A stretch of 64,000 bases of DNA. It comes from Candidatus Eiseniibacteriota bacterium. Its GTDB lineage: Bacteria; Eisenbacteria; RBG-16-71-46. A program made the translations under genes and the position numbers. The stretch covers positions 864,001-928,000 of the forward strand of contig CAVSAC010000012.1 of NCBI GenBank assembly GCA_963725865.1, in the 5' to 3' direction. Numbering within the stretch: the first letter of the stretch is position 1; each line of letters opens with the position of its first letter. This document shows, in pieces, positions 9,235-19,140 of the stretch. The notes below the pieces were generated by a model. That model did no database searches, was not told the origin of the DNA, and saw nothing but the letters and a program-made list of their open reading frames with translations.

Positions 9235-11895
9235 ATGACCCCGGCAGTCGCCGATCTCATCCAGCACCAGCTGCTGCCGCGCGTCTCGAAGCCCAATCGC
9301 TATCTGGGCAACGCGCTGCACGTTCCGCGCAAGCCGCTCGACCAGGCGGAGGTGCGGGTGTTGTTGGCGTTCCCCGACGCCTACGAGATCGGGCTCTCGA
9401 ACATGGGCATCCGGATCATCCACCACGTGCTCAACCAGCGGCCAGACGTCGCCGCCGAGCTCACGTTCGCACCGTGGCCCGACGCCGAGGCGGAGATGCG
9501 CCGGCTCGGCATCCCGCTGTTCTCGCTCGACTCCCACACCACGGCCGACCGCTTCGATGTGCTGGGCTTCTCGCTCCAGTACGAGTTGCAGTACACGAAC
9601 GTGCTCATGATGCTCGAGCTCGCCGGCCTGCCGCTGCACGCGCTCGATCGCGACGAGCGCCATCCGCTGGTGATCGCCGGCGGCGCGCAGGCGTTCAGTC
9701 CCGAACCGATGGCCGAGTTCGTCGACGCGTTCGTGATTGGCGACGGCGAAGAGGCGATCCACGCGGTCGTGGACCGCGTGAAGGCGGCCAAGCAGGGCGG
9801 CTGGACGCGCGCGCGGCTGCGCCGCGAGCTGGCGCACGTGGAGGGCGTGTACGTCCCGCTCGGCTACGACCTCGACGCGACGCGCGAGGGCTGGCTGGTG
9901 CCGGTCGCGCGACCGGGCTTCCCGTCCCGCGTGCGCTCCGTGTACGTGCGCGAGCTGAAGAGCGAATACTACCCCGCCGCGCCGCTGCTGCCCGTGGGCG
10001 AGATCACGCACGACCGCCTGTCCGTCGAGATCATGCGCGGGTGCACGCGCGGCTGTCGCTTCTGCCAGGCGGGCATGATCAACCGGCCCGTGCGCGAGAA
10101 GCCCGCGCAGCAGGTGCTGGAGGAGGTGCTGGGCGGGCTGCAGTCGACCGGGATGGAAGAAGTCTCGCTGATCTCGCTCTCCTCGACCGACCACACCCAG
10201 ATCGTCGACCAGGTGGTGGCGCTCGCCGACGAGCTGTGCCCGACGCGGGTGCAGATCTCGCTGCCTTCGACGCGGCCCGACAACGTGCCCGTCGAGGTCG
10301 CGCGCCGGATGGCCGCGCAGAAGAAGGGCTCCATCACGCTCGCTCCCGAGGCCGGCAGCCAGCGCATGCGCGACGTCATCAACAAGAACCACACCGAGGA
10401 GGAGCTGCTGCAGTCGGTCGCGACCGCCGCGCGCGAGGGCTACACCAGCGCGAAGCTCTACTTCATGTGCGGCCTGCCGGGCGAGAACGATGATGACCTA
10501 CGCGCCATCCTCGGCCTCGCGCAGAAGGCCCATCAACGCGCGCGTGGCGAGGGCAATCGCAACTTCCGGATTACCGCGAGCGTCTCGCCGCACGTGCCCA
10601 AGCCGCACACCCCGTTCGCGTGGGCCGAGCAGGTCACGACCTCGGAGCTGAACCGCCGCCTCGGCGTGCTGCGCGAGGCCGCCCGCGGCACCACGGTGGC
10701 CCTCAAGTACCGCGACGCCGAGACCTCGCTGCTCGAGGGCGTCTTCACGCGCGGCGACCGGCGGCTCGGCCAGGCGGTCGAGGCCGCGTACCGCCGCGGT
10801 TGCCGTTTCGACGCGTGGAGCGAGCATCTGCGGTTCGAGACCTGGATGGAGGTGTTCCGCGAGCTCGGGCTCGAGCCGGAGCGCCAGCTGATCGAGCGCG
10901 ACCCCGGGCTCGACCAGCCCTGGGACGTGGTTCAGTCGCCCGTCACCAAGAAGTTCCTCGTGCGCGAGAAGTTGCGTGCCGATCGCGCCGCCGCCACCGA
11001 GGATTGCCGTCTCGAGGACGTGTGCTTCTCGTGCGGCGTCAACGAGTGTCCCCAGCGGCCGTGGGTCAAGCAGTCCCATGCGCCGCTCGACATCGCCCGG
11101 GCGCGAGCCGCGGTGCCCGCGCCGGCGTATGGCCGCCGCGCCCGTCGCGCGGTCGGCGCGCCCGGCGTGGCCACCGCCACGCGCTTCCGCATCGAGTTCG
11201 AGAAAGGGCCGGGGATGCGCTTCATCTCGCACCTCGACCTCATGCGCACCTGGGAGCGCGCGCTGCGTCGCTCCGGGTTGCCACTGGCGTTCTCCCAGGG
11301 ACATCATCCACACCTGAAGATGTCGTTCGGGCCCCCGTTGCCCCTGGGCTACCGTTCCCGGGCCGAGGCCTTCGACCTGGAGCTCGCCCAGCCGCCTGCC
11401 GTCGATCTCGCCGAGCGACTCGACGCGGTGCTGCCGGACGGGATCCGGGTCCTGGCCTATCGACCCATCCTCTTCAAGACGCCTTCGCTCATGAGTCAGC
11501 TCGAGGGCGCCTCGTACCGGGTGCGATTCCCGGCGTCGTACCTCGAACAGGCCGGCCTGACCGCCGCGACCCTGGCGGGGACGCTCGAGGCGAACATCCC
11601 CGCGCTGCTGGCCCGCGAGAACGTGATCGTGAGCCGCACGAGCGAGGCACAGACCCGATCCTTCGACGCAAGGCCTTCGATCGTCGCGCTGACGATCGCC
11701 CTCGACGAGTCCCCGGTCGCGCTCGACGCGCTCGTGCGGTTCACCGCCCGCGCCGCCGTGCGGCCCGAGGAGATCGTCGCGCTGTTGCTGCCCGGACCCG
11801 ATCCTCGCACGGTTGACATCGAGCGGGTGGGGTTGTGGGCGGAACTGCACGGGACGCGGCTCGATCCGCTCGAGCTGCTCTCGCCGAGGACCTAG
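9235..11895 (+). CDS. TIGR03960-like radical SAM protein fused to C-terminal TIGR03936/DUF2344 domain
   Basis: FPDAYEIGLSN, CxxxCxxC (GCTRGCRFC), APEAGSQRMR, PKPHTPF; C-terminal FISHLDLMR..FSQGHHPH; precedes rng as usual. Confidence 0.88.
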   Translation: MTPAVADLIQHQLLPRVSKPNRYLGNALHVPRKPLDQAEVRVLLAFPDAYEIGLSNMGIRIIHHVLNQRPDVAAELTFAPWPDAEAEMRRLGIPLFSLDSHTTADRFDVLGFSLQYELQYTNVLMMLELAGLPLHALDRDERHPLVIAGGAQAFSPEPMAEFVDAFVIGDGEEAIHAVVDRVKAAKQGGWTRARLRRELAHVEGVYVPLGYDLDATREGWLVPVARPGFPSRVRSVYVRELKSEYYPAAPLLPVGEITHDRLSVEIMRGCTRGCRFCQAGMINRPVREKPAQQVLEEVLGGLQSTGMEEVSLISLSSTDHTQIVDQVVALADELCPTRVQISLPSTRPDNVPVEVARRMAAQKKGSITLAPEAGSQRMRDVINKNHTEEELLQSVATAAREGYTSAKLYFMCGLPGENDDDLRAILGLAQKAHQRARGEGNRNFRITASVSPHVPKPHTPFAWAEQVTTSELNRRLGVLREAARGTTVALKYRDAETSLLEGVFTRGDRRLGQAVEAAYRRGCRFDAWSEHLRFETWMEVFRELGLEPERQLIERDPGLDQPWDVVQSPVTKKFLVREKLRADRAAATEDCRLEDVCFSCGVNECPQRPWVKQSHAPLDIARARAAVPAPAYGRRARRAVGAPGVATATRFRIEFEKGPGMRFISHLDLMRTWERALRRSGLPLAFSQGHHPHLKMSFGPPLPLGYRSRAEAFDLELAQPPAVDLAERLDAVLPDGIRVLAYRPILFKTPSLMSQLEGASYRVRFPASYLEQAGLTAATLAGTLEANIPALLARENVIVSRTSEAQTRSFDARPSIVALTIALDESPVALDALVRFTARAAVRPEEIVALLLPGPDPRTVDIERVGLWAELHGTRLDPLELLSPRT

Positions 11896-11931
11896 AAGGC
11901 ACGCCGGGGACGGGGGCACAGGACGCCCTCC

Positions 11932-13479
11932 GTGAACCGCAAGATCATCATCAACGCCGATTCGTACGAGACCCGCATCGCGATCCTCGAGGACGACGAG
12001 CTCGCGGAGCTCCTGGTGGAGCGCGCCGATCAGCGTCGCCACGTCGGGGACATCTACAAGGGCCGCGTCAACGCTGTGTTGCCCGGCATGCAGTCCGCGT
12101 TCGTCGATCTCGGGCTGCCCAAGACCGGCTTCCTCCACGCGTCGGACCTCGCGGAGTCGCTGAGCGAGCTCGAGGACATCTCCGACCTCGACGAGAGCGG
12201 CGACCGTGGCCGCCGACGCCGGGCTGCGGTGCCCAAGATCGAGGACTGCCTCAAGAAGGGCCAGGAGGTGCTGGTCCAGATCACCAAGGAGGCGATCGGG
12301 ACCAAGGGTCCGCGCGTCACCCAGCAGGTCAGCCTGCCCGGCCGCTTCTGCGTCATGATGCCCGGTGTGGATCACGTCGGGGTGTCGCGGCGCATCGAGG
12401 AGCGCGCGGAGCGGCAGCGCATCAAGGCGATCATCACCGACCTCAAGCCCAAGGGGGTCGGTCTCATCGCGCGCACCGCCGGCGAAGGCAAGGGCGATCC
12501 CGACTTCGCCGCCGACGTGAAGTACCTGCACAAGCTCTGGCAGAAGATCGAGCGCAAGGCCACGAGCGCGCGCGCGCCGGCGCTCGTCCACCGCGAGCTG
12601 GAGCTGACGGCCGGCCTCATCCGCGACCTGTTCACCCAGGACGTGGAAGAGGTCCACATCGACGACAAGGAGTCGTTCGCCGAGATCCAGAGCTACCTGA
12701 AGCTGGTCTCGCCCGAGCTGCGCGACCGCGTGATCCTCTACAAGGGCCGCGATCCGATCTTCGATGCGTTCACCATCGAGGCGCAGATCGAGAAGACGTT
12801 CGAGCGCAAGGTGTGGCTCAAGAAGGGCGGCTACATCTGCATCGACCACGCCGAGGCGCTGGTCGCGATCGACGTGAACACCGGGCGCTTCACGGGCAAG
12901 AAGAACCAGGAAGAGACCATCTTCCGCACGAACATGGAGGCGGCGCGCGAGATCCCCCGCCAGCTGCGGCTGCGCGACATCGGGGGCATCATCGTCATCG
13001 ACTTCATCGACATGGAGATCGAGGCGAACAAGCGCGCCGTGATCGACGAACTGCGCGGCGAGCTGCGCAATGACCGCGCGCGCACGAAGGCCTTCGCGGT
13101 CTCCGACCTCGGGCTGGTCGAGATGACGCGCCAGCGCGAGCGCTCGAGTCTGCTGCACTACTACACCGAGGACTGTCCGCACTGCGCGGGACTCGGCAAG
13201 GTGCCGTCCCAGGAGACCATGCTGGTGAAGCTGGAGCGCGCGATGCGCCGCGTGACGGCGCTCGGCAACGAGCGGCGCATCACCGTGAAGGTGGCGCCCG
13301 AGGTGGCGCTGTTCTTCGTGGAGCAGGAGGGCCGGCGCTTCGCCGAGCTCGAGAAGCGCTTCCGCCTGCGTGTCGACCTCAAGGACGACCCGCAGCTCAA
13401 GCGCGGCGAGATGCGCGTGTTCACCGAGAAGAAGGTCGAGCTGACCAAGCAGGTGGTGGGCTCGGTGCCGGGAACCTAG
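11932..13479 (+). CDS. rng: Ribonuclease G / RNase E family
   Basis: S1 domain (GDIYKGRV..LPGMQSAFVD), IDVNTG, RLRDIGGIIVIDFIDM, CPHC Zn link; no long C-terminal scaffold. Confidence 0.93.
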   Translation: MNRKIIINADSYETRIAILEDDELAELLVERADQRRHVGDIYKGRVNAVLPGMQSAFVDLGLPKTGFLHASDLAESLSELEDISDLDESGDRGRRRRAAVPKIEDCLKKGQEVLVQITKEAIGTKGPRVTQQVSLPGRFCVMMPGVDHVGVSRRIEERAERQRIKAIITDLKPKGVGLIARTAGEGKGDPDFAADVKYLHKLWQKIERKATSARAPALVHRELELTAGLIRDLFTQDVEEVHIDDKESFAEIQSYLKLVSPELRDRVILYKGRDPIFDAFTIEAQIEKTFERKVWLKKGGYICIDHAEALVAIDVNTGRFTGKKNQEETIFRTNMEAAREIPRQLRLRDIGGIIVIDFIDMEIEANKRAVIDELRGELRNDRARTKAFAVSDLGLVEMTRQRERSSLLHYYTEDCPHCAGLGKVPSQETMLVKLERAMRRVTALGNERRITVKVAPEVALFFVEQEGRRFAELEKRFRLRVDLKDDPQLKRGEMRVFTEKKVELTKQVVGSVPGT

Positions 13480-13515
13480 GGCCGAGCGGGCCGCGGCGAT
13501 CGCCCGGGGTGCGGA

Positions 13516-13544
13516 AAGGGGGGCTCGCGATGCGGGCCCCCCTT
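13516..13544. terminator. Hairpin between convergent rng and amt (possible bidirectional terminator)
   Basis: AAGGGGGGCTCGC-GAT-GCGGGCCCCCCTT, 13-bp stem. Confidence 0.65.
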
Positions 13545-13572
13545 CGTCGTCCGCCCGAGATTCGCGCGCGGG

Positions 13573-14793
13573 CTACAGCGCGCCGATGTACGCCTCCTCG
13601 CCGTGGAGCGACTGGTCGAGCCCCTTCCCCTCGGCGATCGCGTCGACCTTCACCGGCGTGATGCGGTCGATCAGCCACAGCATGCCGAGCGTGAACGCGA
13701 ACGCCCACACCGACGAGGCGAGCACCGCGACGCACTGCTTGAGGAAGAACGTCGTGTTGCCGGCGAGCAGACCGTCGACACCAGCGGGATTGAACGTCCG
13801 CGAGGCGAACACACCCAGCAGGATGATGCCGATGAAGCCGCCCACCCCGTGCACGCCCCACACGTCGAGGGCGTCGTCCCAGCGGAGTCGGTTCTTGAGC
13901 GCCACCGCGTAGAAGCACACCACTCCGGAGATGATGCCGATCAGCACGGCGCTGGCGGGGGACACGAATCCCGCCGCCGGCGTGATGGTCGCCAGCCCCG
14001 CGACCGAACCGGTGAGCAGGCCGAGGAACTTCGGCTTCGATCCCGACAGCCACTCGACCACGAACCACGTCACACCGGCGAACGACGCCGCCAGGTCGGT
14101 GTTGAGGAACGCGGTCGCCGTGACGGCGTCGACGCGGAACTCGCTGCCGGCGTTGAACCCGTACCAGCCGAACCACAGCAGGCCGGTGCCGAGCGCGACC
14201 AGCGGGATGCTGTGGGGGCCGCGATCGGCGACCCGCCGGCGCCCGACGTAGAGCACCGAGGCGAGCGCCGCGATGCCGGCGATGTTGTGGACCACGATGC
14301 CGCCGGCGAAGTCGAGCACGCCCCACTTCTGCAGCAGACCGCCGCCCCACACCATGTGGACGAACGGGAAGTAGACGAACAGCAGCCACAGCGTGAGGAA
14401 GATCATGTACGCCTTGAACGTCACGCGATTCGCGAACGCACCGGTGATGAGCGCGGGGGTGATGATGGCGAACATCATCTGGTAGGCCATGAACACGATC
14501 AGCGGGATGGTGTCGTTGGGGGACGGCGTGGTGAGGGTCATGCCCCGCATGAACGCCATGTCGAGATTGCCGATCACCCCGCCGACGTCGCCGGAGAAGC
14601 ACAGCGAGTACCCGACCGTGAACCAGATCACGGTGGTCCAGCACAGCGAGACGAAGCTCTGGATCATGATCGCGAGGACGTTCTTGCGACCGACCAGCCC
14701 GCCGTAGAAGAACGCCAGCCCCGGGGTCATCAGCATGACCAGGCTGGAGCACAGCAGCATGAAGCCGGTGTTGCCGGTATCGAGATGGAGCAC
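13573..14793 (-). CDS. amt: Ammonium transporter (Amt family)
   Basis: LMTPGLAFFYGG, DFAGGIVVH, LWFGWYGFN, DDALDVWGVHG (twin His and Phe gate retained). Confidence 0.95.
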   Translation of the reverse strand: MLHLDTGNTGFMLLCSSLVMLMTPGLAFFYGGLVGRKNVLAIMIQSFVSLCWTTVIWFTVGYSLCFSGDVGGVIGNLDMAFMRGMTLTTPSPNDTIPLIVFMAYQMMFAIITPALITGAFANRVTFKAYMIFLTLWLLFVYFPFVHMVWGGGLLQKWGVLDFAGGIVVHNIAGIAALASVLYVGRRRVADRGPHSIPLVALGTGLLWFGWYGFNAGSEFRVDAVTATAFLNTDLAASFAGVTWFVVEWLSGSKPKFLGLLTGSVAGLATITPAAGFVSPASAVLIGIISGVVCFYAVALKNRLRWDDALDVWGVHGVGGFIGIILLGVFASRTFNPAGVDGLLAGNTTFFLKQCVAVLASSVWAFAFTLGMLWLIDRITPVKVDAIAEGKGLDQSLHGEEAYIGAL

Positions 14794-14912
14794 GGGGACC
14801 TCCCGAGCAGGACGAGGGTGACGAGGATCCGACCGGGGGGTCGGTCCGGATGAGGCCAGCAGCGGGCGTCGATGTCAACCGCCGCCCGCCCGCGGAGCGG
14901 CGACGGCCGGCG

Positions 14913-15512
14913 TCACTCCTTCAGCACGCGGAACGAGATCGGGCGCTGCAGCCGCTCGAAGCCGGCGCGGTCCGGATCGTCGGTGTCGACGATCACGCGC
15001 TCCAGCCCGCGCATTTCGTTGAGGTCGAAGATCACGCCGCTGGGCGGGGTGCCGGCGCCGAGCACGATGATGCGCGCCCGGGTATCGAGCAGGTTCCACG
15101 CCTCGGCGGCCGCGCGGCTCGGCGGGTAGCCCGCCAGCACCACGATGAGGTCGGCCTCCGGCGGCAGCCGGTTGAGCGAGGTGAGCGGGGCGAACTCGGA
15201 CGGCCACTGATCGAGCGTCAGGACCACGTGCGCGAGTCCGCGCACGAATCGCAGGTCGTCCAGCTCGGGTGCGGTCGGAACCCGCGCGAACTGCACGGTG
15301 GTACCGATCCGCAGGTCGGTGCGGTCGATCAACAGTGGCCCGCTGCCGCGCCCGGTGCGCAGGCTGCGGGGCAGCCCCAGCGGGGAATCCGCCGCAGCGG
15401 CAGGTGAGGGCGGCGGCGCGGGGCGTGAGCGGGCGGTCAGGGCCGGACCGCAAGCCAGCCCGCCGGCGAGCAGGCCGAGGACGAACCACAGGGACGCCGT
15501 CAGCACGCGCAT
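14913..15512 (-). CDS. Hypothetical exported protein with Pro/Ala linker and beta-alpha repeats
   Basis: GGAGG RBS before ATG 15512; hydrophobic N-terminus ending in GLAC (possible lipobox); 22-27 aa internal periodicity. Confidence 0.65.
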   Translation of the reverse strand: MRVLTASLWFVLGLLAGGLACGPALTARSRPAPPPSPAAAADSPLGLPRSLRTGRGSGPLLIDRTDLRIGTTVQFARVPTAPELDDLRFVRGLAHVVLTLDQWPSEFAPLTSLNRLPPEADLIVVLAGYPPSRAAAEAWNLLDTRARIIVLGAGTPPSGVIFDLNEMRGLERVIVDTDDPDRAGFERLQRPISFRVLKE

Positions 15513-15631
15513 GGGACCTCCGGGCTCGAGTGGGACTCGTGCGGGGAGAGTCTGCCTCAGAAACGGCCCGGATGCGCGGCCGAACCCCTGCTCGGCACGG
15601 TTGGACGGGCGCCCGCGCGGGCCCGCCCGCG

Positions 15632-15661
15632 TTGACAGCGCGCGCGCCGCCATGATAGAAA
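15632..15661 (+). promoter_or_regulatory. Sigma70-type promoter for rplU-rpmA
   Basis: Perfect TTGACA at 15632, TGn-TAGAAA at 15653-15661 (18-nt spacer). Confidence 0.6.
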
Positions 15662-15768
15662 GTCACGCTTCGTGTGCGCCTGACGGGGCCGAGCGCCGGC
15701 CTTGCGGCCGTGCGGCCGCCCTCGCGTGCCGCTCCGAGATCCATCGCGTGGCAGGGAGAACGCTGCTC

Positions 15769-16080
15769 ATGTATGCCATCGTCAACATCAACGGAGTCCA
15801 GACCAAGGTCGAGCCGGATACCGTGATCGCGGTGCCCGCGCTGACCGGTGAGCCGGGCCAGAAGCTCACCTTCGACCAGGTGCTGATGTTCTCCGACGGC
15901 GACCGCATCGCGGTCGGCCAGCCCTACGTGAAGGGCGCCAAGGCGACCGCCGAGGTGGTCGAGCAGTTCCGCGGCCCCAAGCTGCGCATCTTCAAGTTCA
16001 AGCGCCGGCGCGACTATCGCCGCCGCCGCGGTCACCGCGACTCGCTCACGCGGATCCGCGTCACCGGCATCCAGGCCTAG
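15769..16080 (+). CDS. rplU: 50S ribosomal protein L21
   Basis: MYAIVNINGVQTKV...IFKFKRRRDYRRRRGHR; adjacent to rpmA. Confidence 0.96.
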   Translation: MYAIVNINGVQTKVEPDTVIAVPALTGEPGQKLTFDQVLMFSDGDRIAVGQPYVKGAKATAEVVEQFRGPKLRIFKFKRRRDYRRRRGHRDSLTRIRVTGIQA

Positions 16081-16095
16081 AAGGAGTCTCCCGTC

Positions 16096-16368
16096 ATGGC
16101 GCACAAAAAGGGCCAGTCCTCATCGAAGAACGGCCGCGAATCGAATGCGCAGCGCCTCGGCGTCAAGCGCTTCGGCGGCGAGCGCGTCAGCGCGGGCAGC
16201 ATCCTGGTCCGCCAGCGCGGCACCCGCTTCTTTCCGGGCCTCAACGTCGGCCTGGGCAAGGACGACACGCTGTTCGCGATGATCGACGGCGAGGTGAAGT
16301 TCACCCGCTACCAGGGCACGCGCCGCAAGGTGCACGTGGTGCCGCTGGCGGCGGCCCAGACGAACTGA
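16096..16368 (+). CDS. rpmA: 50S ribosomal protein L27
   Basis: [24 protein letters not shown]...[10 protein letters not shown]. Confidence 0.98.
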   Translation: MAHKKGQSSSKNGRESNAQRLGVKRFGGERVSAGSILVRQRGTRFFPGLNVGLGKDDTLFAMIDGEVKFTRYQGTRRKVHVVPLAAAQTN

Positions 16369-16477
16369 TCACGAGGCATCCCGCTCCGACGACGCCGCGT
16401 CCCCTCGGGCCCCCCGGCTCCTGGCGACGCGGCGTTCCTCGTTGAGGGCGGGTGCGTTCATCAACCGGAGGGATCCC

Positions 16478-17410
16478 GTGAAGAACAAGGTCGCTGTCAT
16501 CGGCGCCGGCAACGTCGGCGCGAGCGCCGCACTCTACGTGGCCGAGCGCGGCCTCGGGGACGTCGTCCTGATCGATCGCCCCGAGATGGAGGGCATGCCC
16601 AAGGGCAAGGCCCTCGACATCCAGCAGGCGACCCCGATCTGGCACAAGGGCGGCCGGATCGAGGGCGCCGACTCGTTGAGCGCGGTCGCGGGCGCCGACG
16701 TGGTGATCATGACCGCGGGCTTCCCGCGCAAGCCCGGCATGTCCCGCAGCGATCTGCTCAAGGCGAATGCCGACATCATCCGACCGGCGGCCGAGGCGGT
16801 GAAGGCGCATGCGCCGAATGCCTACGTCATCGTGGTCACGAACCCGCTCGACGTGATGGCGTGGCTGTTCTGGAAGACTTCGGGCTTCCCCAAGCATCGC
16901 GTGATGGGCATGGCGGGCATCCTCGACTCGGCCCGCATGCGCGCGTTCATCGCGATGGAGCTGGGTGTGTCGGCGGCCGACGTCGACGCGATGGTGCTGG
17001 GGGGCCATGGCGACTCGATGGTGCCGCTGCCGCGCTACACCACGGTCAACGGGATCGCCGTCTCCGAGCTGCTGCCGGCCGCGAAGATCCAGGAGATCAT
17101 CACGCGCACCGCGAACGGCGGTGCCGAGATCGTGAAGCTGTTGAAGACCGGCTCGGCCTACTACGCGCCGGCGATGTGCGCGGTCGAGATGGCCGAGGCG
17201 ATCCTCACCGACCAGAAGCGCCTGGTGCCGTGCTCGGTGCTGCTCGAGGGCGAGTACGGGCTGAAGAACCTGTTCATCGGCGTGCCGATCCTGCTCGGCG
17301 GCAAGGGCGTGGAGCGCATCATCACGCTCAGCCTGTCGGCCGAGGAGTCCGCCGCGCTCCAGAAGAGCGGCAAGGACGTGGCCGACATGATCGCCGAGCT
17401 CGGCGGCTGA
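16478..17410 (+). CDS. mdh: Malate dehydrogenase (LDH-like)
   Basis: GAGNVG, TAGFPRKPGMSRSDL, VTNPLD, LDSAR, GGHGD; GGAGG RBS before GTG 16478. Confidence 0.95.
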   Translation: MKNKVAVIGAGNVGASAALYVAERGLGDVVLIDRPEMEGMPKGKALDIQQATPIWHKGGRIEGADSLSAVAGADVVIMTAGFPRKPGMSRSDLLKANADIIRPAAEAVKAHAPNAYVIVVTNPLDVMAWLFWKTSGFPKHRVMGMAGILDSARMRAFIAMELGVSAADVDAMVLGGHGDSMVPLPRYTTVNGIAVSELLPAAKIQEIITRTANGGAEIVKLLKTGSAYYAPAMCAVEMAEAILTDQKRLVPCSVLLEGEYGLKNLFIGVPILLGGKGVERIITLSLSAEESAALQKSGKDVADMIAELGG

Positions 17411-17487
17411 GCCGCCGGGCAGGCGGACCCGCGCCGCGCCGGTCACCCCGGCGCGGCGCGGCCGTTTCCGGCCCGCTCGCCGTGGCC

Positions 17488-17543
17488 GCGCCTGCCGCCG
17501 CGAGCGCCTGCCGCGGCGCCTGCCGCCGCGAGCGCCTGCCGCC
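17488..17543 (+). repeat. Intergenic tandem repeat: 28-bp unit x2 containing four copies of GCGCCTGCCGC
   Basis: Units start at 17488, 17504, 17516 and 17532. Confidence 0.8.
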
Positions 17544-17709
17544 TCGTGCGCCGCGGGGCCGCGGACGTGCAGGCTGCACGGCGCGCGCCGGCCGGCCCGC
17601 CGCCCGCGCGCGGAGCCGCCGCTGTGGCCGAACGGGATAGGGCCGCTCCAGCGTACGGCGGGGAGTGGCGCCGCGCGGGCATGGGTGATGCTGCCTCCAT
17701 CGCCGCGGC

Positions 17710-18234
17710 ATGAACACCTCCCGACCGTGGATCCTGGCCGGCGCGCTCGCGCTGGCACTCGCGACGGCGGGCTGTTGGAAGGCCCCGGCGCCCACCGCGC
17801 CGAGTGCGGCCCCACCGACGCCCCCGAGCGTCGTCCCGTACGACTCGCTGCCGGCCGAAGCGCAGGCGTTCGTCGTGCTTGCGAACCAGCATCGCGTCGC
17901 GATCGGTCTCGCGCCGCTCCAGTGGGATTCGCAGGTGGCCGGCGTCGCGCGCGCGCACAGCGTGGACATGGCGACGCGCGGCTACTTCAGTCACGTGGAT
18001 CCCGAGGGCAACTCACCGTTCGACCGGCTCGACCAGGCCGGCATCCCCTGGAGCGCGGCGGGGGAGAACATCGCCGCCGGCTACACCACCGGGCAGAGCG
18101 TCTACGACGCCTGGATGAGCAGCCCGGGTCATCGCGCGAACCTCGAGAACTCGACGTTCACGCGGCACGGACTCGGATTGTTCCAGAATCGCTGGACGCA
18201 CATGTTCTACACGCCGCGTGTCGGCGTGCCGTAG
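17710..18234 (+). CDS. CAP (SCP) domain lipoprotein
   Basis: Lipobox-like TAGC; ARAHSVDMATRGYFSH, GENIA, WMSSPGHRANL. Confidence 0.9.
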   Translation: MNTSRPWILAGALALALATAGCWKAPAPTAPSAAPPTPPSVVPYDSLPAEAQAFVVLANQHRVAIGLAPLQWDSQVAGVARAHSVDMATRGYFSHVDPEGNSPFDRLDQAGIPWSAAGENIAAGYTTGQSVYDAWMSSPGHRANLENSTFTRHGLGLFQNRWTHMFYTPRVGVP

Positions 18235-18277
18235 CCCGCGCGGCGCACCGCTGCACGATGTGCTAGCGTGCCGCCCC

Positions 18278-19027
18278 ATGCACGCGCCCGACGCCGCCTC
18301 GCCGCGCGCCGTACTCGGCGTGATCCCCGCGCGCTTCGCGGCGACGCGCTTTCCCGGCAAGCCGCTCGCGACGCTGTGGGGCAAGCCGATGCTCCAGCAC
18401 GTGTGGGAGCGCGCGCGTGCGGCGCGCGGGATCGACGAACTGGTGATCGCCACCGACGACGACCGCATCGAGGCGGCGGCGCGCGGATTCGGAGCCGCGG
18501 TGGAGCGCACGTCGCCCGCCTGCGCCAGCGGCACCGACCGCGTGGCCGAGGTGGCGCGCCGGCGAACGGGGCACGACATCGTGCTCAATCTGCAGGGCGA
18601 CGAGCCCGAGCTGGAGACCGCTGCAGTCACCGCGCTGGTCGCGGTGATGCGCGCCGACCCCGCACTGCGCATGGGCACCATCGCGCACCACGAACCCGAC
18701 CTCGCCGCGATGGCGGACGCGAACGTGGTGAAGGTGGTCGTGGACGCGCAGGGTTTCGCGCTCTACTTCTCGCGCGCCGATCTCGCCGGTGCCTCGCGCG
18801 GCGGGCCCGCGCTGCGCCACGCCGGCGTGTACGCGTTCCGCCGCGACCTGCTGCTGGAGTTCGCGTCGTGGCCGCCGGGCGCGCTCGAGCGCGCGGAGCG
18901 GCTCGAGCAGTTGCGCGCCGTCGAGCGCGGGGTGCGGATCCGGGTGGTGCTGGGGGAGCATCCGTTCGCGGGTGTGGATACTCCCGAACAACTGGCCGCG
19001 CTGGAGCGGCGCGGACCGCGCGGCTAG
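18278..19027 (+). CDS. kdsB: 3-deoxy-manno-octulosonate cytidylyltransferase
   Basis: IPARFAATRFPGKPL, SGTDR, NLQGDEP, ERLEQLRA, GVDTPE. Confidence 0.93.
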   Translation: MHAPDAASPRAVLGVIPARFAATRFPGKPLATLWGKPMLQHVWERARAARGIDELVIATDDDRIEAAARGFGAAVERTSPACASGTDRVAEVARRRTGHDIVLNLQGDEPELETAAVTALVAVMRADPALRMGTIAHHEPDLAAMADANVVKVVVDAQGFALYFSRADLAGASRGGPALRHAGVYAFRRDLLLEFASWPPGALERAERLEQLRAVERGVRIRVVLGEHPFAGVDTPEQLAALERRGPRG

Positions 19028-19140
19028 CACGCTCCGACGAGTCCGCGGCGCCCGCTCATGGTCCGCCCGTCGAGTCTCGTCGCACGCCCGCGCCGGCCCC
19101 GCGTCGGCAGAGCCCCTCGGGCGGCCGGCGTGGGCCGGCC

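Noticed and set aside
15665..15768. L21 leader RNA upstream of rplU
   Set aside because: GC-rich pairing is possible, but I cannot match a known motif by eye
17488..17543. Possible CRISPR array (also the 26554 repeat)
   Set aside because: No unique spacers, too few units, no cas genes
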